From NCBI GenBank assembly GCA_000708835.1, contig DF237734.1, positions 1 to 32,857 on the forward strand: a DNA stretch of 32,857 bases, written 5' to 3'. Shown here piece by piece: positions 10,144 through 21,633 of this stretch. The DNA comes from Klebsormidium nitens. Its lineage: Eukaryota > Plantae > Klebsormidiophyceae. A program made the translations under genes and the position numbers. Position 1 is the first letter of the stretch, and each line of letters begins with the position of its first letter. The notes beneath the pieces were generated by a model. It worked only from the letters and a program-made list of their open reading frames with translations. It did no database searches and was not told the origin of the DNA.

Positions 10144-10905
10144 CTTTGCGTCCCTAAACTCCTTGAAGCCCGCAGCGATGCTTCCAACGTTTTCCCGGTC
10201 CTTGCTCCATTCCTTCCCGAATGCATCCTTGCCAAAATTAGACATTGCTACAACAGACCTTTTCCCCTGCACCCTCAGCAACTCTAAGAGGAGCCTCACA
10301 CTGCCAAAATCCTCCAGCCCGCCCACTTTTAAGAGCAAATATACCGTAGTTTGCCAACCCCTGCAACTTGCAAGCTTTCTCGCCGCCCTTGACTCCCTCT
10401 GCCTCGCGCCTTAGAAGTTTCTGCCCTGGTGCTGGCTAGCTCTTTTACTGTACACAAAAGTACAGGATCATAATGGGACGGTGGGGGGGGTATTCTTCCT
10501 GCAGGGTGGGAAAGGACGGTTCTTTCAGACGGAATAATTCTTTTAGACTAAGACAGGGCCGGTTTACAGGGCCGGTCATTGCAACGGCAGCAGCCTTGAG
10601 CCCCCTACAAAATACAGCTTCGTACAAGGGCGCGCGCGCGGAGCGGGCTACTTCTTGAGCTTCTTGAGCTATCACCGACTCCTGAGCCTGACGCTGCTGC
10701 ATCATGCACTGATCCCGTGCCTGGGCAGAAACTAAGCTTTTAAACGCGATTGTTGGGTACGGTACTTCGTGACACTGTTCTGCAAAAGCTGACAGCAAGC
10801 GCTGGCAAAGCTGGATAAACATCTCAACATCTTGAATTGCAAGCAGCGAGTTGAGCGGCAAGCTTTTCTTTCTGCATCCTATATTTGCACCAGTTAAGGC
10901 CAAGC
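10144..10905. promoter_or_regulatory. Putative bidirectional promoter between SMAP1-like and DCC-like genes
   Basis: Divergent ATGs with 762 nt between them. Direct repeat ACAGGGCCGGT at 10553-10563 and 10566-10576, plus a GC-rich tract near 10628-10647. Confidence 0.45.
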
Positions 10906-13385
10906 ATGGCGATGTCCCAGCTCGCAAGCACACGCTGCTTGACTGTCGCTGTGGGGCCTGTCACCAGCAGTGCAGGGAGGATATCCACCAACTCTGCTGC
11001 AGGGCCCCTTCTGCCGTCAAGGCGTAATCCATGCAGACAGCAGTTGCGCAGAGCTGCCCCCTTGTTCGTCTTAGACTTGCCTACAGGAATGCAAATGCAT
11101 GAGGTGTCACAATTGGGCAGACGGCAGCAAAGTGTGCGCTGTGCTGCGCACAAGGAACTGAGTGTCACACTGGACTCGCCAAAGGTGAACGAACGAGCTG
11201 GCCTTGGCAGTTCGATGGAACAGGCCGGCGGTGACCCGGGCGATGTCTACTTTGCTAAGGACAAGCGGCCAGTCATTCTTTTTGACGGTGAGCCGCGAGA
11301 GAGGCCTTCTCCTTCTGAGCAAGGAGCATTGAAGCTTGCTGTTGCAGGAATGTAACGTATGAGGGTAGGGCAATAACAATCTGCCACAAAGGGCCCTTGT
11401 CTTGAACCTGAATTTTCAATGAGCCCTTGTATTTCAGTTGGGGGCCAGCTCAGTCAAAGCTGAGAAAGGGATGCTGACTGCATGCAAATGCATGTGAAGT
11501 TTACCCGTTGAGGTTGGGGCAGATGCAATCATCCTGTGGACTTCTCAGAAGGAGTTTCTTGCTGGATGCAACTTGGTCAGTCTTATCTGCATGCACGGCA
11601 AGTTGTGGCCGGTTGTGCAGAGTTTTGTCACTTCAAAGCTTCACCTGAATTGTGCCCTGGGCTTACTCTTAGAAACAGTACAATCCTGATGAAGGCCCTT
11701 CTCAACAAAATTTTGCACAGTTGGTCGTGCGTTTTCCTGTTGCTTAATCTGACAGTTTCTGCCAAAATTGTAACGATCTACATGCTTTGCTTGCAGGTGT
11801 ATGCAATCTGTGCAACAATGGTGTCAACTTCATGCTTGATCATGATCCTAAGGGGTAAGTCCACAATCCTTAGTAACTCTACTTGCTAGAGACCTTGTTT
11901 AGCCATGTTAATTCACTATTTTTCTACCCAAATCTACAGGGAAGCTTGTGTCGAGCCACCTTGAGCAAGTGAGAGTACACAGCCTTCAATCACCAAACAA
12001 AGCCCCCCGCCTTTGTCAAGATTACTTGTGCTGGAATGGGGCCTATGTCCTGCCTTGAGTAAAAAGGTTCTCGTTTGGGTTGGGGCCTTAAATCAATTCA
12101 GGAGTACCTGTCTGGATTGCGGCTCACATTCCCTGGCATGAGTGACAGGAGGAAAACCTTGTGGTAGAGATCAGCTTTCACCTGCTTTGGGTTTCTGCTG
12201 ACCGCAAGCTCCTCTTCTGGACCCTTTTTTCCAGTTCCTGGTCAAGACGGTCTGCATGTGAACCTTACGTTGATCATCTCAGGCAGACTGGCTTCTTCAT
12301 TTTCTCAACTGCCTGCCTCGTGTGCAGGAATCTGCGCTTCTCGGCGCTCCAGAGCGAAGCGGGACGGGCGCTCCTGCGCCGTGCGGGTCGGGACCCCCAG
12401 GACATCACCAGCATCGTCCTGGTGGAACCAAACAAGTGAAGACTCTGAACTCTTGGCTAGCGTTTTGAAGTCGACAGAGTTATTTGGACCTCTGAATGGA
12501 AACGACACTGTCTTTGAAAGTCTTTACTTTTACAGAAGACCTGGTGTTTCTAGCTTCCTCATTCTGAACGTGGTATAGATGCTGAAGACATGGAAGTGGC
12601 TTTGTGAGTATATCCCTCAGCCTCTACAGCTTGAACGCCGCTTGGGTAGATTTCTTGGATCCGAGCGGGTCATTGACGTCATGAAAGAGCGTTATGCACG
12701 TGAGCAGCGCAATCAGAGTTGTGTCAGCTTTAACTCATGTTTGAGTTGCGGGTTGCGGATTCAATTTTGCCAACAGATCCAAGGAAAGGTGTTCTTGCAC
12801 AGGTTGACAATGTTTTCTCGTGATACATCCAGGTGCTACATTCGCTCCGAGGCAATACTGCACATTGCGCAGTACTTGCACCAGCCGCTGATTGCTTTTG
12901 GACATCTCGGCCTGATCGTACCTGGGTGAGTGTCGCTGCTGGTGAAGCCTAAGTCTAATTGAGCGAGTCGGTGAAACCTCTTTTTACGTGCCGCTTCTTG
13001 AAGCTCTCTAATCTGTTCTTTAAGACCAGGACCTGAACGGTTCTACCAGGACCTATTTCTAGAACCGTTCTTTGCTGTTCGACAAGATGTCCCGCCAAGC
13101 AAAGCGCTACGGATTATTTTTGAAAAATTCTAAGCCCGCCCTGTAACTCCCGATACCCATCATTTCTCAAGCACGACTCACGCAAGATCTGTTACGTCTT
13201 TGGATCAGGATAATATGTTAATCTGCAAGCTTCTCCAATGCGTTTTAAAGTTTCTCGCCCACTGATGCAGGTTTTTCCGGGACAAGTTCTACAACCTGAT
13301 TGCTTACAACCGATACAGCATCATGGGCAAGCGGAACATGTGCCGTATTGGAGATCAACGATTTGTTGATAGGTTTGTTAGCTAA
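10906..13385 (+). CDS. DCC-family (DUF393) thiol-disulfide oxidoreductase, 251 aa, probably chloroplastic
   Basis: Exons 10906-11287, 11797-11854, 12328-12435, 12833-12925, 13271-13385 (756 nt, in phase). Motifs: VILFDGVCNLCN (DxxCxxC), RFSALQSEAG, YIRSEAIL, RDKFYNLIAYNRY. Ser/Ala/Arg-rich N-terminus ending SVRCAA. Confidence 0.92.
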
Positions 13386-14862
13386 GTTCGCTCGGTTGCC
13401 AACATCGGAAAGCCCTATTGTTGGGGTGTGCCAAGACGGAGAGATTCAGTGTATACATAGGTGGCGTTTTGTGTGATAAAGTGCGGTCTTCTTGGGTTGT
13501 GTAATTAGGTTGACTTACGCGAGTTGGGTTACGCGAATGGATTTCAGGGACATTGAGAGCACGCATAGGGTTCCCCTCGAGGTCAGATTCATGCACGCAA
13601 ACAAAGGTAGCGTGTCCAGATTGAATGTCAGATCTAAATAGAGTGCTTGTGGTTGATTCAGTGAGTTGTTGAGTCTAGCTGTTATAAAACCGTAGATTTA
13701 GTGCATGCTTAAGTTGCCCGCACTTCTCTAGCGCGCTCCATTTGATCAGCCGTCGGTGACTCTACATTGAAGACAGAGGTTGGCTAGCTCATTTCAGATT
13801 GCTTGAATCTAGTTTGTGTCTGTGGTGTAACCTAGGTTGATGTTTTGTAAAGATCATTTTGATGTGCTGTGAGGCTGATTTAATGAGCACGGTTGGCTTG
13901 CGTCCAATCTATTTGGAAAGATGTCGCGGTTCGCTCTCCCAAAGCCAAGCGCACAGGTTCTTGTGCGTTATATCTGAAGAGCTGGCGCCTGAGTTGAACT
14001 AGTCCTGCGGTGAAGTGGACGTTTCGAGTGTTGTCGCGGAAGATTCCTCAACAACCTGATCGGCAATTACCTCTGGAACGTCGAGTGCAGTATGTCACGG
14101 CATGCCGTGCATTTAACTTGAAGCAGACTGTACCTGTGGACTGGGACTACGAACTTTTGCACGAGACTCAAGCGCGGTATACCACTGCTGTTTTGGTTGT
14201 TGCCAGGCCTTACAGCGTCACTGTCATGCAGAATAAGTAAACATTACATTCTTATGCTGCATAAATACGCCCATACTGGGGGCAAATAGATTGTCGCAAG
14301 CAACGGCCCGAGTCTCGTTGCATGCATGCGCATCGAGATTTGAAACGACTGTATTTGCATGCAAGAACTCGAATCTTCACGTATCATCACGACGCGCACT
14401 CTTTCATTCTATTCACTAAAGCTTACTCAAGGGCGCGTCCAATTCTCAGCATGCGTGATAATTCAATACCGTTACATTCGATCCAGCGTGACGTACTGTA
14501 CTAGTTAGCAGCAAAACCATTGGATTTTGTGTACAAAGTCGTGTAGTAAACGCATCACCGATCACAACTCGCTCTCTTCAGCTCTTTGTCTCGAGCCTAA
14601 AATTGTCTCGCACCTGTACAACAAATTGCATGCAGTGCAATTTTTCTAAAACACAAACTCAAAAACGACGGCCCATCGTCCTCGGAAAATGAACAACTCG
14701 CGCAAACACACTGTAATGTCCTGATTAATGACACAATACCACTGATCAATTTGATAACCAACGCGTCATGCAGCTGCCGCAACCGGAAAACGCTATTTCA
14801 ACAATTGAAAAACACTGTACAAATGCGCGCAAAATGAACGACTACAACCCAAGTCAACTCAA

Positions 14863-17800
14863 CTAGCGCCGAGAGCCCGCCTTCTCCCGTTGCTTCTCCT
14901 CGCTCTTGTCCTCTTCGCTCTTGTCCGCTTTTGGGAAGCCTCCTGCCTCGTACTGGTCTTTCGTCGGCTGGCCGACTTTAATATTGAACGTATCGATTAC
15001 ACGTTTCGCCATGGGAGGATCTTGCACGATCCACAGGCGAAGGCCGACGTCGAGCACCTCGGGGGCGAGTGCCCGGTAGACCCCGAGCATGTTGTACCAG
15101 ACTGGGAGGATAATGTCGTGCTTCTTGTACCGGGCGGCCTTGACAGCGTCCCGGGCCATCATGGCGGTCGGGACAATGGGGTAGAGCCCCAGTTGCTCCT
15201 GCAAAAGGATCAGCAGTGGAAAGAATCAGAGAAAACAAAACGATGCCAGATAGAAGGTCTCCTCGGTTTAACTGCCGACTCGGATCTGGGCAACGAGTCG
15301 TTGGCTGCCAGCAAGAGAAGCTATTGACTAGTTGGAACGAGGAGTCCGCTGCGTGTGCTAGAGTGTGTATCTCATTTATGTGGACACTCAGCACTTATAT
15401 TTGAACAGTTCGCTGCACACAGTGATTGCCTCAAACGTCACAGGTATCCCTACCCGAAGCGCGCAATCAGGTTGAGAGTCTGGGCGGCAGCTTAAGTGCC
15501 GAACGACAAGGGGCAGAAGTCGGCACTTCTACTCTTGTGGATCACCACCTTCGACCGTTTTAGCAGCAGCACCCTTCTTGCGCACCTTCTGCGATAGAAG
15601 GGTCCAGCGCGCAAGCTATGAAGCGGACTTCACCCTGCGCTAGACTGGGGATGCGATACTGTGACGCAAAAAACCTGAATCCAAATCCGTCGTTCCCCTG
15701 GAACCTCCAACCCTGAGATTCCCACATCTTAGAAACCAGTTTTGCCTGGAACATGGTTGACAATAGAGTTTCTTTGACCGCCGCTCCACCCCCTCGCTTT
15801 TCCTCGCTTCTTGTCCCGTTCGGATATATTTGTAGGAGAGAGCATAATAATCAGGTCCGTTTCAACATCAGACTAAACAGTTCAAACGAGTACCACAAAG
15901 TTAGAACAAAAACCTCTTATGACACGCCGACAAAACAGCGACACCCTCTCGAACAACTACGTTTTTTGCGCTCAAATGTTACTCACATTTCTAAGATCTC
16001 GTGCCTTCTCCGGCCCGGGCACTTTCCCCTCGGCCTGCGACATTTTGCCGTCGGAAAGCTCGCTCTTGGTGACCCCGGGGGAGAAGATGGTGATCGGTAC
16101 GCTATCCCCGAGCTCGATGCGGAGAGTGTGGAAAAAGTTGGTCACCGCGGCCTTGGATGCCTGCGCGCCCGGAACACAAGGCCGGGTTAGGGAAACTGTT
16201 CAGGCAATGTCAATGTGGGGTTAAGAAAGCCGCGCGCTGGGAGATACTGCCGGGTTAGGACACCGCCTGGGAGACACAACCCGGTTCCAAAACTTGCCCG
16301 GAAACACGCCCGGGTTAGTAAAACTGGCCGGATTAAGAGGAGATTCTCGGGAGAAACGGCCGGGTTGCGAAACTGCCCGGGATTGCATTCGGGTGAAGAG
16401 AACTGCCCAAACTGCCCGGGGATACGGCCAGATTACAATAGGGCCCGAGGAACCGGTGGCTCGAGGACAGGAACACGAGCCGACAATGTTGAACACTGAG
16501 GCTTTCTGAGGAAGGACGTCAGAAATAGGTGTGAAGGGATCTTTCAGAGGCGCCTCATGATAGCTAAGCTTCGCAACATGAAGCGGAGTGTCTTGCAAAG
16601 CTCGCAACGAGACCGGAGTGCCACGACCAGATCAATAGAAAACACCCTGACGGAGTCGAACTGCACAAACTATAGAGTTAGCCGACTTACATTGTAGATG
16701 GAGTTTCGCGGCTGGGGCACAATGGAGGAGACGGATGAGTTGACCACGATCTGGCCGCGGTTCTTCTGCAGATGCTCCAACGCGTGGTATGTCATGTAGA
16801 CGTAACCCCAGAAATTGACGTCCTGAAAAATGTGATTTGAGACACTTGAGCGGCGGGTTGCGGAGAGATTCTTGCATCGGCAGCACGTCAGCAACTTGAA
16901 CTGACGGGACTTCGAGGAACGTTCCAATATCTTAGCCCTACCATTAGACTTCTGAAAAGCAGGACTGGATCCCTGTTGGCATTTTGCGAGCTTTGCAAGT
17001 CTGAATGGTTAACACGAAGTGGGCCGTGTAAACGTATGCTCGAGAGTCAACGTCGTCGTGTAGGAAAATTGTCATCGAGTTTTGTAAGACGTGATTGTTA
17101 CGTCTGAGTCAAGCACGTTGGCACACGTTAAAGTTGCGGGACCCGCTCAGCCTAGACCGCCCGTCTGTTAGTAGACTGTTCACATTCATGTTCCATTTTT
17201 TTCGACCATTTTTGCAATCTGTTCTGTTTCCTTTTCAATTCTGTTGCGACGCTGACAAACCGAGGACGACCAGGTACCGTTTTGCCGCAATAGTTGAAAA
17301 CGTTCCATCCAAGGGGAGATTCTCAGGTTTAAGGAAAAACGGGCGGGGTGCATTCTTACCATGATGGAATCGAAGCGTTTCGTGTCGGTGGCGTCTGTGA
17401 AGAGATACGCATGGAACATCCCCGCGTTCAAGGCCAGGGTATCAACTGCATAAAGGATAGGGAAAGTAAAGTTAGAGAAAGCACCTATCGAGCAGTATGC
17501 CAAACGAAGCCTCTCTTGTGGGACGCATCTGAGTCCAACTTCATGGTGAATTTGGACCAGAATGTCAATCGAAGGCTGTTGACAAGCGGTAATGCCCAAT
17601 CGAGAGCCGACTTGATCACTTAGCCGACTCTGCTACTCTTGCTTTTGTGGCCACCGATTTGAAGGCTTTTCAGAGAAATGCGTACGATGTGTTCTGCGAG
17701 AAAGCAAAGTGTACCGATAATGAGATTTCGCAAAGGCTGCCTGTACAGGTGAGCTCGTCAAACGAGGTCCAAACGGGGGTAGCTCGGGGTCAACAACCGC

Positions 17801-19854
17801 CCCAGGTAAAAATGGTTACAACCGCTTTCCATGCTCCGAGGACGGCCTTGCCTGTCCGCCCAAACCCAAACCTCGGTGGCCTTGAATAAAATCGGTCATC
17901 AGCAATGTCAGTTGGATTTTGTTTCTGGGCGGACGGGCCAACCGCACGCTCTAGGGACCTGGTTAAGAAAAATGCACCAGCCAGATTGGACTCTATCCAT
18001 ACATTGTTGACTGTCTGACCTGTTTCGTTCGTGAACCTAGGACCTTCAAGCGCTCTATAGATGTCCTTGAAGCGACCGAGCCGTCCAATTCTGTCAGATA
18101 GGTATCAGACATGCAGAGCATACCTTTCGGCCTTTAAGTAGATTTCTGACAAGAGAAGCTGGGTAACTCCATTGGAAACAAGAGAAGCTCAAGAAGCAAG
18201 GCTGAGGTCGAACGCCTGCTTACTCTTTTTGAAGTGCGCAAGTGCTGCGTCAACCGCTGCCTTACAGCCCTCTTCGGTTCCAAGGTCTTGCTCAATTACC
18301 AACACGTCTGGAGCACCCATCAACCTGCGGCACAAGTGCAACGACGTCATCATGATGCACCGCAGAAGGATCTGATCCTGTTGTCGAAGCCGGCAGAGGA
18401 CTCAAGTAGATTGACGTGCACCATTAGGAATACAGACAACTGCCATGAGTAAGTAGATGTTGCAAGTCTTGACAATCAGCAAGGAATGCACATCTGTACC
18501 GTTTACCCTCCAATCCCATGTAATTGCAGACCATGTTCCACCATCTCTCCTCTCCCACTGGCAACTGTGATGAGTCATGCGTGTTCGGAAGGACCATCAT
18601 GATTCCACCAGATCTGACCAAATATGGCCAAATGCTCCCCTTGACAAAAACCTATTCCCAGCAATACTTCTTAACGCTGTCAAACTGAGCCTTTCCTTCA
18701 ACAGACGCACCTCTGAATGGTCTCTACCTGCACAATACTTCCTCGCAAAGTGTTTCCTCACTGTCCCGACAAAGAAACTGAGCTCTTACCTGGCTTCCTC
18801 GGCAACTTCCTCCAGCTTCTCCCCCCTCCGAGCCACCAGCCCCAACCGTGCGCCGAGACGTGCGTACTCGTATGCCATGTGCTCTCCAATACCTAAAATG
18901 TCAGTGCTTTGATTGCTCTGATTGCGATCTTGTCTAGCAGTCTGCATCAAGCTGCCCCATGTTAAACTGTGAATAAAAGGACTCAATTATACTGTGGTCA
19001 GGGATGGAATTCGCTTGTTAAAAGAGAGTCTGATCCCTGCGACTCGGCAGGCGGAAGAAGACCCCTTGCTAGACAAAAAAGAATTTTGTTCATGGGAGAA
19101 TGCATCTTCATCTCAGAGATCCAAAGCGCAACTTCATAGGCCGCTATTTGTTCTGCAGTCTCGACTTGTGCTTTGCCGCTCCATACATGCATTATAGTCT
19201 GGTGTGCAGTCCTTGTGCGAATCAAGAACAAACAAGATCCATCTCTTGCAGCGTCTCACCTGATGAGGCTCCAGTAACCACGACCACCTTGTCCTTCATA
19301 TCCAGAGGCTCCATCGTCAACGCCTTATATAAGCGGACCCCCCATACGGCCGGCAACACAACAACCAGCCCGGCTATCCCCAACGGATATGCGGTCACAT
19401 TCAGAAGCTTGGTAGTTGCAGCCATCACTCTGTCGCCAAGTGTCGGCTCCACAGCAACTTTGTTTCTTGGCTTCTTCTTTTCAGGGGGATCCCCTCTGCC
19501 ATTGCTTGCAGCCGCACGGATTGACTGCCTTTCTTCAGAGCTCAGGCGCGTTGTATGCTTTTTGCATGTGGCTGCTCTGAGTTGGGAACGCCTAAAGGTT
19601 CTCAAAAACGACTGGTCAGAGCTGGTGTGGCCTGGGATGACTAGCTGGGAGCAGCTCAAGCTGGCTTCAGCTGCTGAGATGGTAGACGGCCCACTTGGCT
19701 TGCAGCAGCTTTTCTGACGCAAAGACTTGCTCGAAGGGCAGGCTAAGGAAACCACGCCCATGTCACTCCGGTTCTGCAATCTTGCTGACGTTGATGACAT
19801 CATCGCCGTGCATCTCAACGGCACCTGAGAGGTGCTTGCACTGCAAGCATTCAT
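14863..19854 (-). CDS. HSD: Steroleosin / 11beta-hydroxysteroid-dehydrogenase-like SDR, ~508 aa, long N-terminal extension (start codon uncertain)
   Basis: Exons 19854-19260, 18892-18790, 18324-18224, 17445-17360, 16822-16691, 16160-15987, 15198-14863 (1527 nt, in phase). Motifs: VVVTGASSGIGEHMAYEYA, LVARR, LNAG, DVNFWG, VNSS, catalytic YNASK. A hydrophobic Pro-containing segment (YPLGIAGLVVVLPAVWGVRL) precedes the Rossmann fold. An AG acceptor near 19826 allows an alternative 5' structure. Confidence 0.88.
16168..16405. repeat. Degenerate ~30-bp minisatellite in SDR intron 5
   Basis: Units at 16168-16198, 16236-16265, 16266-16296, 16297-16326, 16346-16375 and 16376-16405, consensus about CCGGGAGACACGGCCGGGTTAGGAAAACTG. 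Confidence 0.6.
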
Positions 19855-21633
19855 CTTCGTCTGCCTCAAGAACCCCAATTCAACAAGAGGTACTTGATCA
19901 GCACTTTGTAGATTAAGCTAGGAATAGGACCTTCTCTTCAAGTCCAACTGCGTCTTCGCTTCCTCTTCCAGGCCGTATTGCAATGCTGCGCTGACAAAAA
20001 ACTGATTGGAAGAGCTGACCCCAATCCAGCCGTTGGCAAAGGAAGAGGAAGCCTGTAAGGATGCATGAGGCGCCTTTCCTCCAGCTCATTGTCCAGCTCG
20101 GCGCCCGGGCTGACGTGCGCTGCATGTCTTCCATCTTGCATGGCATGGCGCCTTTGCTCCTGGACCATGACAATGACACCCCAACTCTGGAGTAATGGAG
20201 ACCACGTGGCGGACCAAAAAGGGACTCTGCAAAATCTGTTAAAGGTGAACCGTCCGATGATGGCTTCTGGTCAACCTGCGCGCGCGTCCATTGCTTCTGC
20301 TTCATCCGGTCATGTTAGGAAAGGTGTACCAACAAGCCAAGGTCGCTGGCACGCTGGTACCGTACAGTCTCAGCTTGTTGGCAGGTAGGTACCTGGTACG
20401 TCCATAGTTGCTGGCCAAGAAGCGGACTCATATCCTTTTCCTAATAAGATCCCCAGCTCAGGTACGGGGAATGAAAAGCTGCTCCAGTGCAGGGCTCACT
20501 GTACATACCTAGGTAATCGCCATTGGACCAACGATGGCAACAGGCTCTCAATGACCTGTTTTAGGCTTGTACCAGATTCTCATCAGAGCTGTATGTATTG
20601 CGGGACAGCTCAATTCAGCAGGAGGTCACCTAGCTCAGATTGAGCGAAACAACAACGATGGGAATGGTCACCCTGCGTCAGCCAGAATACTTCTGCAATA
20701 TGGAGCTTTGGAGCTCATGAACAAACTGAAAGAATCAAGGGAATATGATCAGTGGATTCCTGCAGGATAGGTGCTAAGAGCTAGCTGGATAAGCTACAGG
20801 CTAATCACTCACAGAGGCTGCAAGGAAATGCACGCATGTGTTCGTGCACAGAAATTGTTGCAAAGAGACTTAAGTTGAAGAGCTTTGAGCCTGCCATGGT
20901 AGCCGTCCGACAACGCCTGGTGAGCTGCAGCTGTTCTATTGCAAGTGCACCGTCTCACCTTCAGGAGCTTGATCCGTGCAGGTTGCGGGAAAAAGCTTAA
21001 ATGTGATTTGCTTTTTGGATAAGGAGTCTCTTGATATAGCTGGATGCTGGATGGTGAGCATTGCCCGCAGGGATTGAAAGGTAGGCTGATGAGATACGTG
21101 GACTGATTGAGGAGCCCAACTGCTGAACGGTACCGGCGTTTGCGGACCTATTCCACAATGCGCAAACACCCAGGCTCTGCAACAAGTTTGCGTAACAAAT
21201 CACACGATGCCAATTTCACTGACCGAAAGTGGTGCTTTTTGGCAGGGACATGTACCACCCTTTGTCGCATGAGGCATGATCAAGATCAGGACTGGCTGCG
21301 GAAGTGGAGCATGTACAGAGAGCTAAAACAGCTGCAAAATCACCCCACAAAAGCCACTAATCGAAGCAAGCGCGCTTCATAAGAGCAGGTCTGACAGCCT
21401 CACAAAAGACAAAACTCACTTACTCCACAGAGAAAAGCGCACAGCCTGGGCTTCAGGCGCACATGAACCTTGTGCACCGTCTTGGCCTCTCATTATTCGT
21501 TTGAAATGTTAAGATAGAGCTTTTCAGCTCTCTAGGACACTGGCATGTAGCCAAAATAAGGACCTAGGTAGGTCTGCTACTCGTATTGCAGTATCCAGAT
21601 TAGCAGAACCGAACAGATTGCCTGCGAGCAATT

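Noticed and set aside
10445-10933. 162-aa minus-strand ORF over the divergent promoter
   Set aside because: Non-ATG start, no motif or codon bias, and it overlaps the DCC start region.
14890-15327. Long ORFs antisense to real exons (also 15753-16190, 24781-25248, 25653-26126, 19100-19717)
   Set aside because: They are shadows of GC3-rich exons of the SDR and kinesin genes, with no independent motifs.
16168-16405. CRISPR-like array
   Set aside because: Units are contiguous and degenerate with no unique spacers, in a eukaryotic intron with no cas genes.
20560-21400. Short ORFs between the SDR and kinesin starts
   Set aside because: No recognisable domain, no codon bias and no consistent exon chain; treated as promoter/UTR space.
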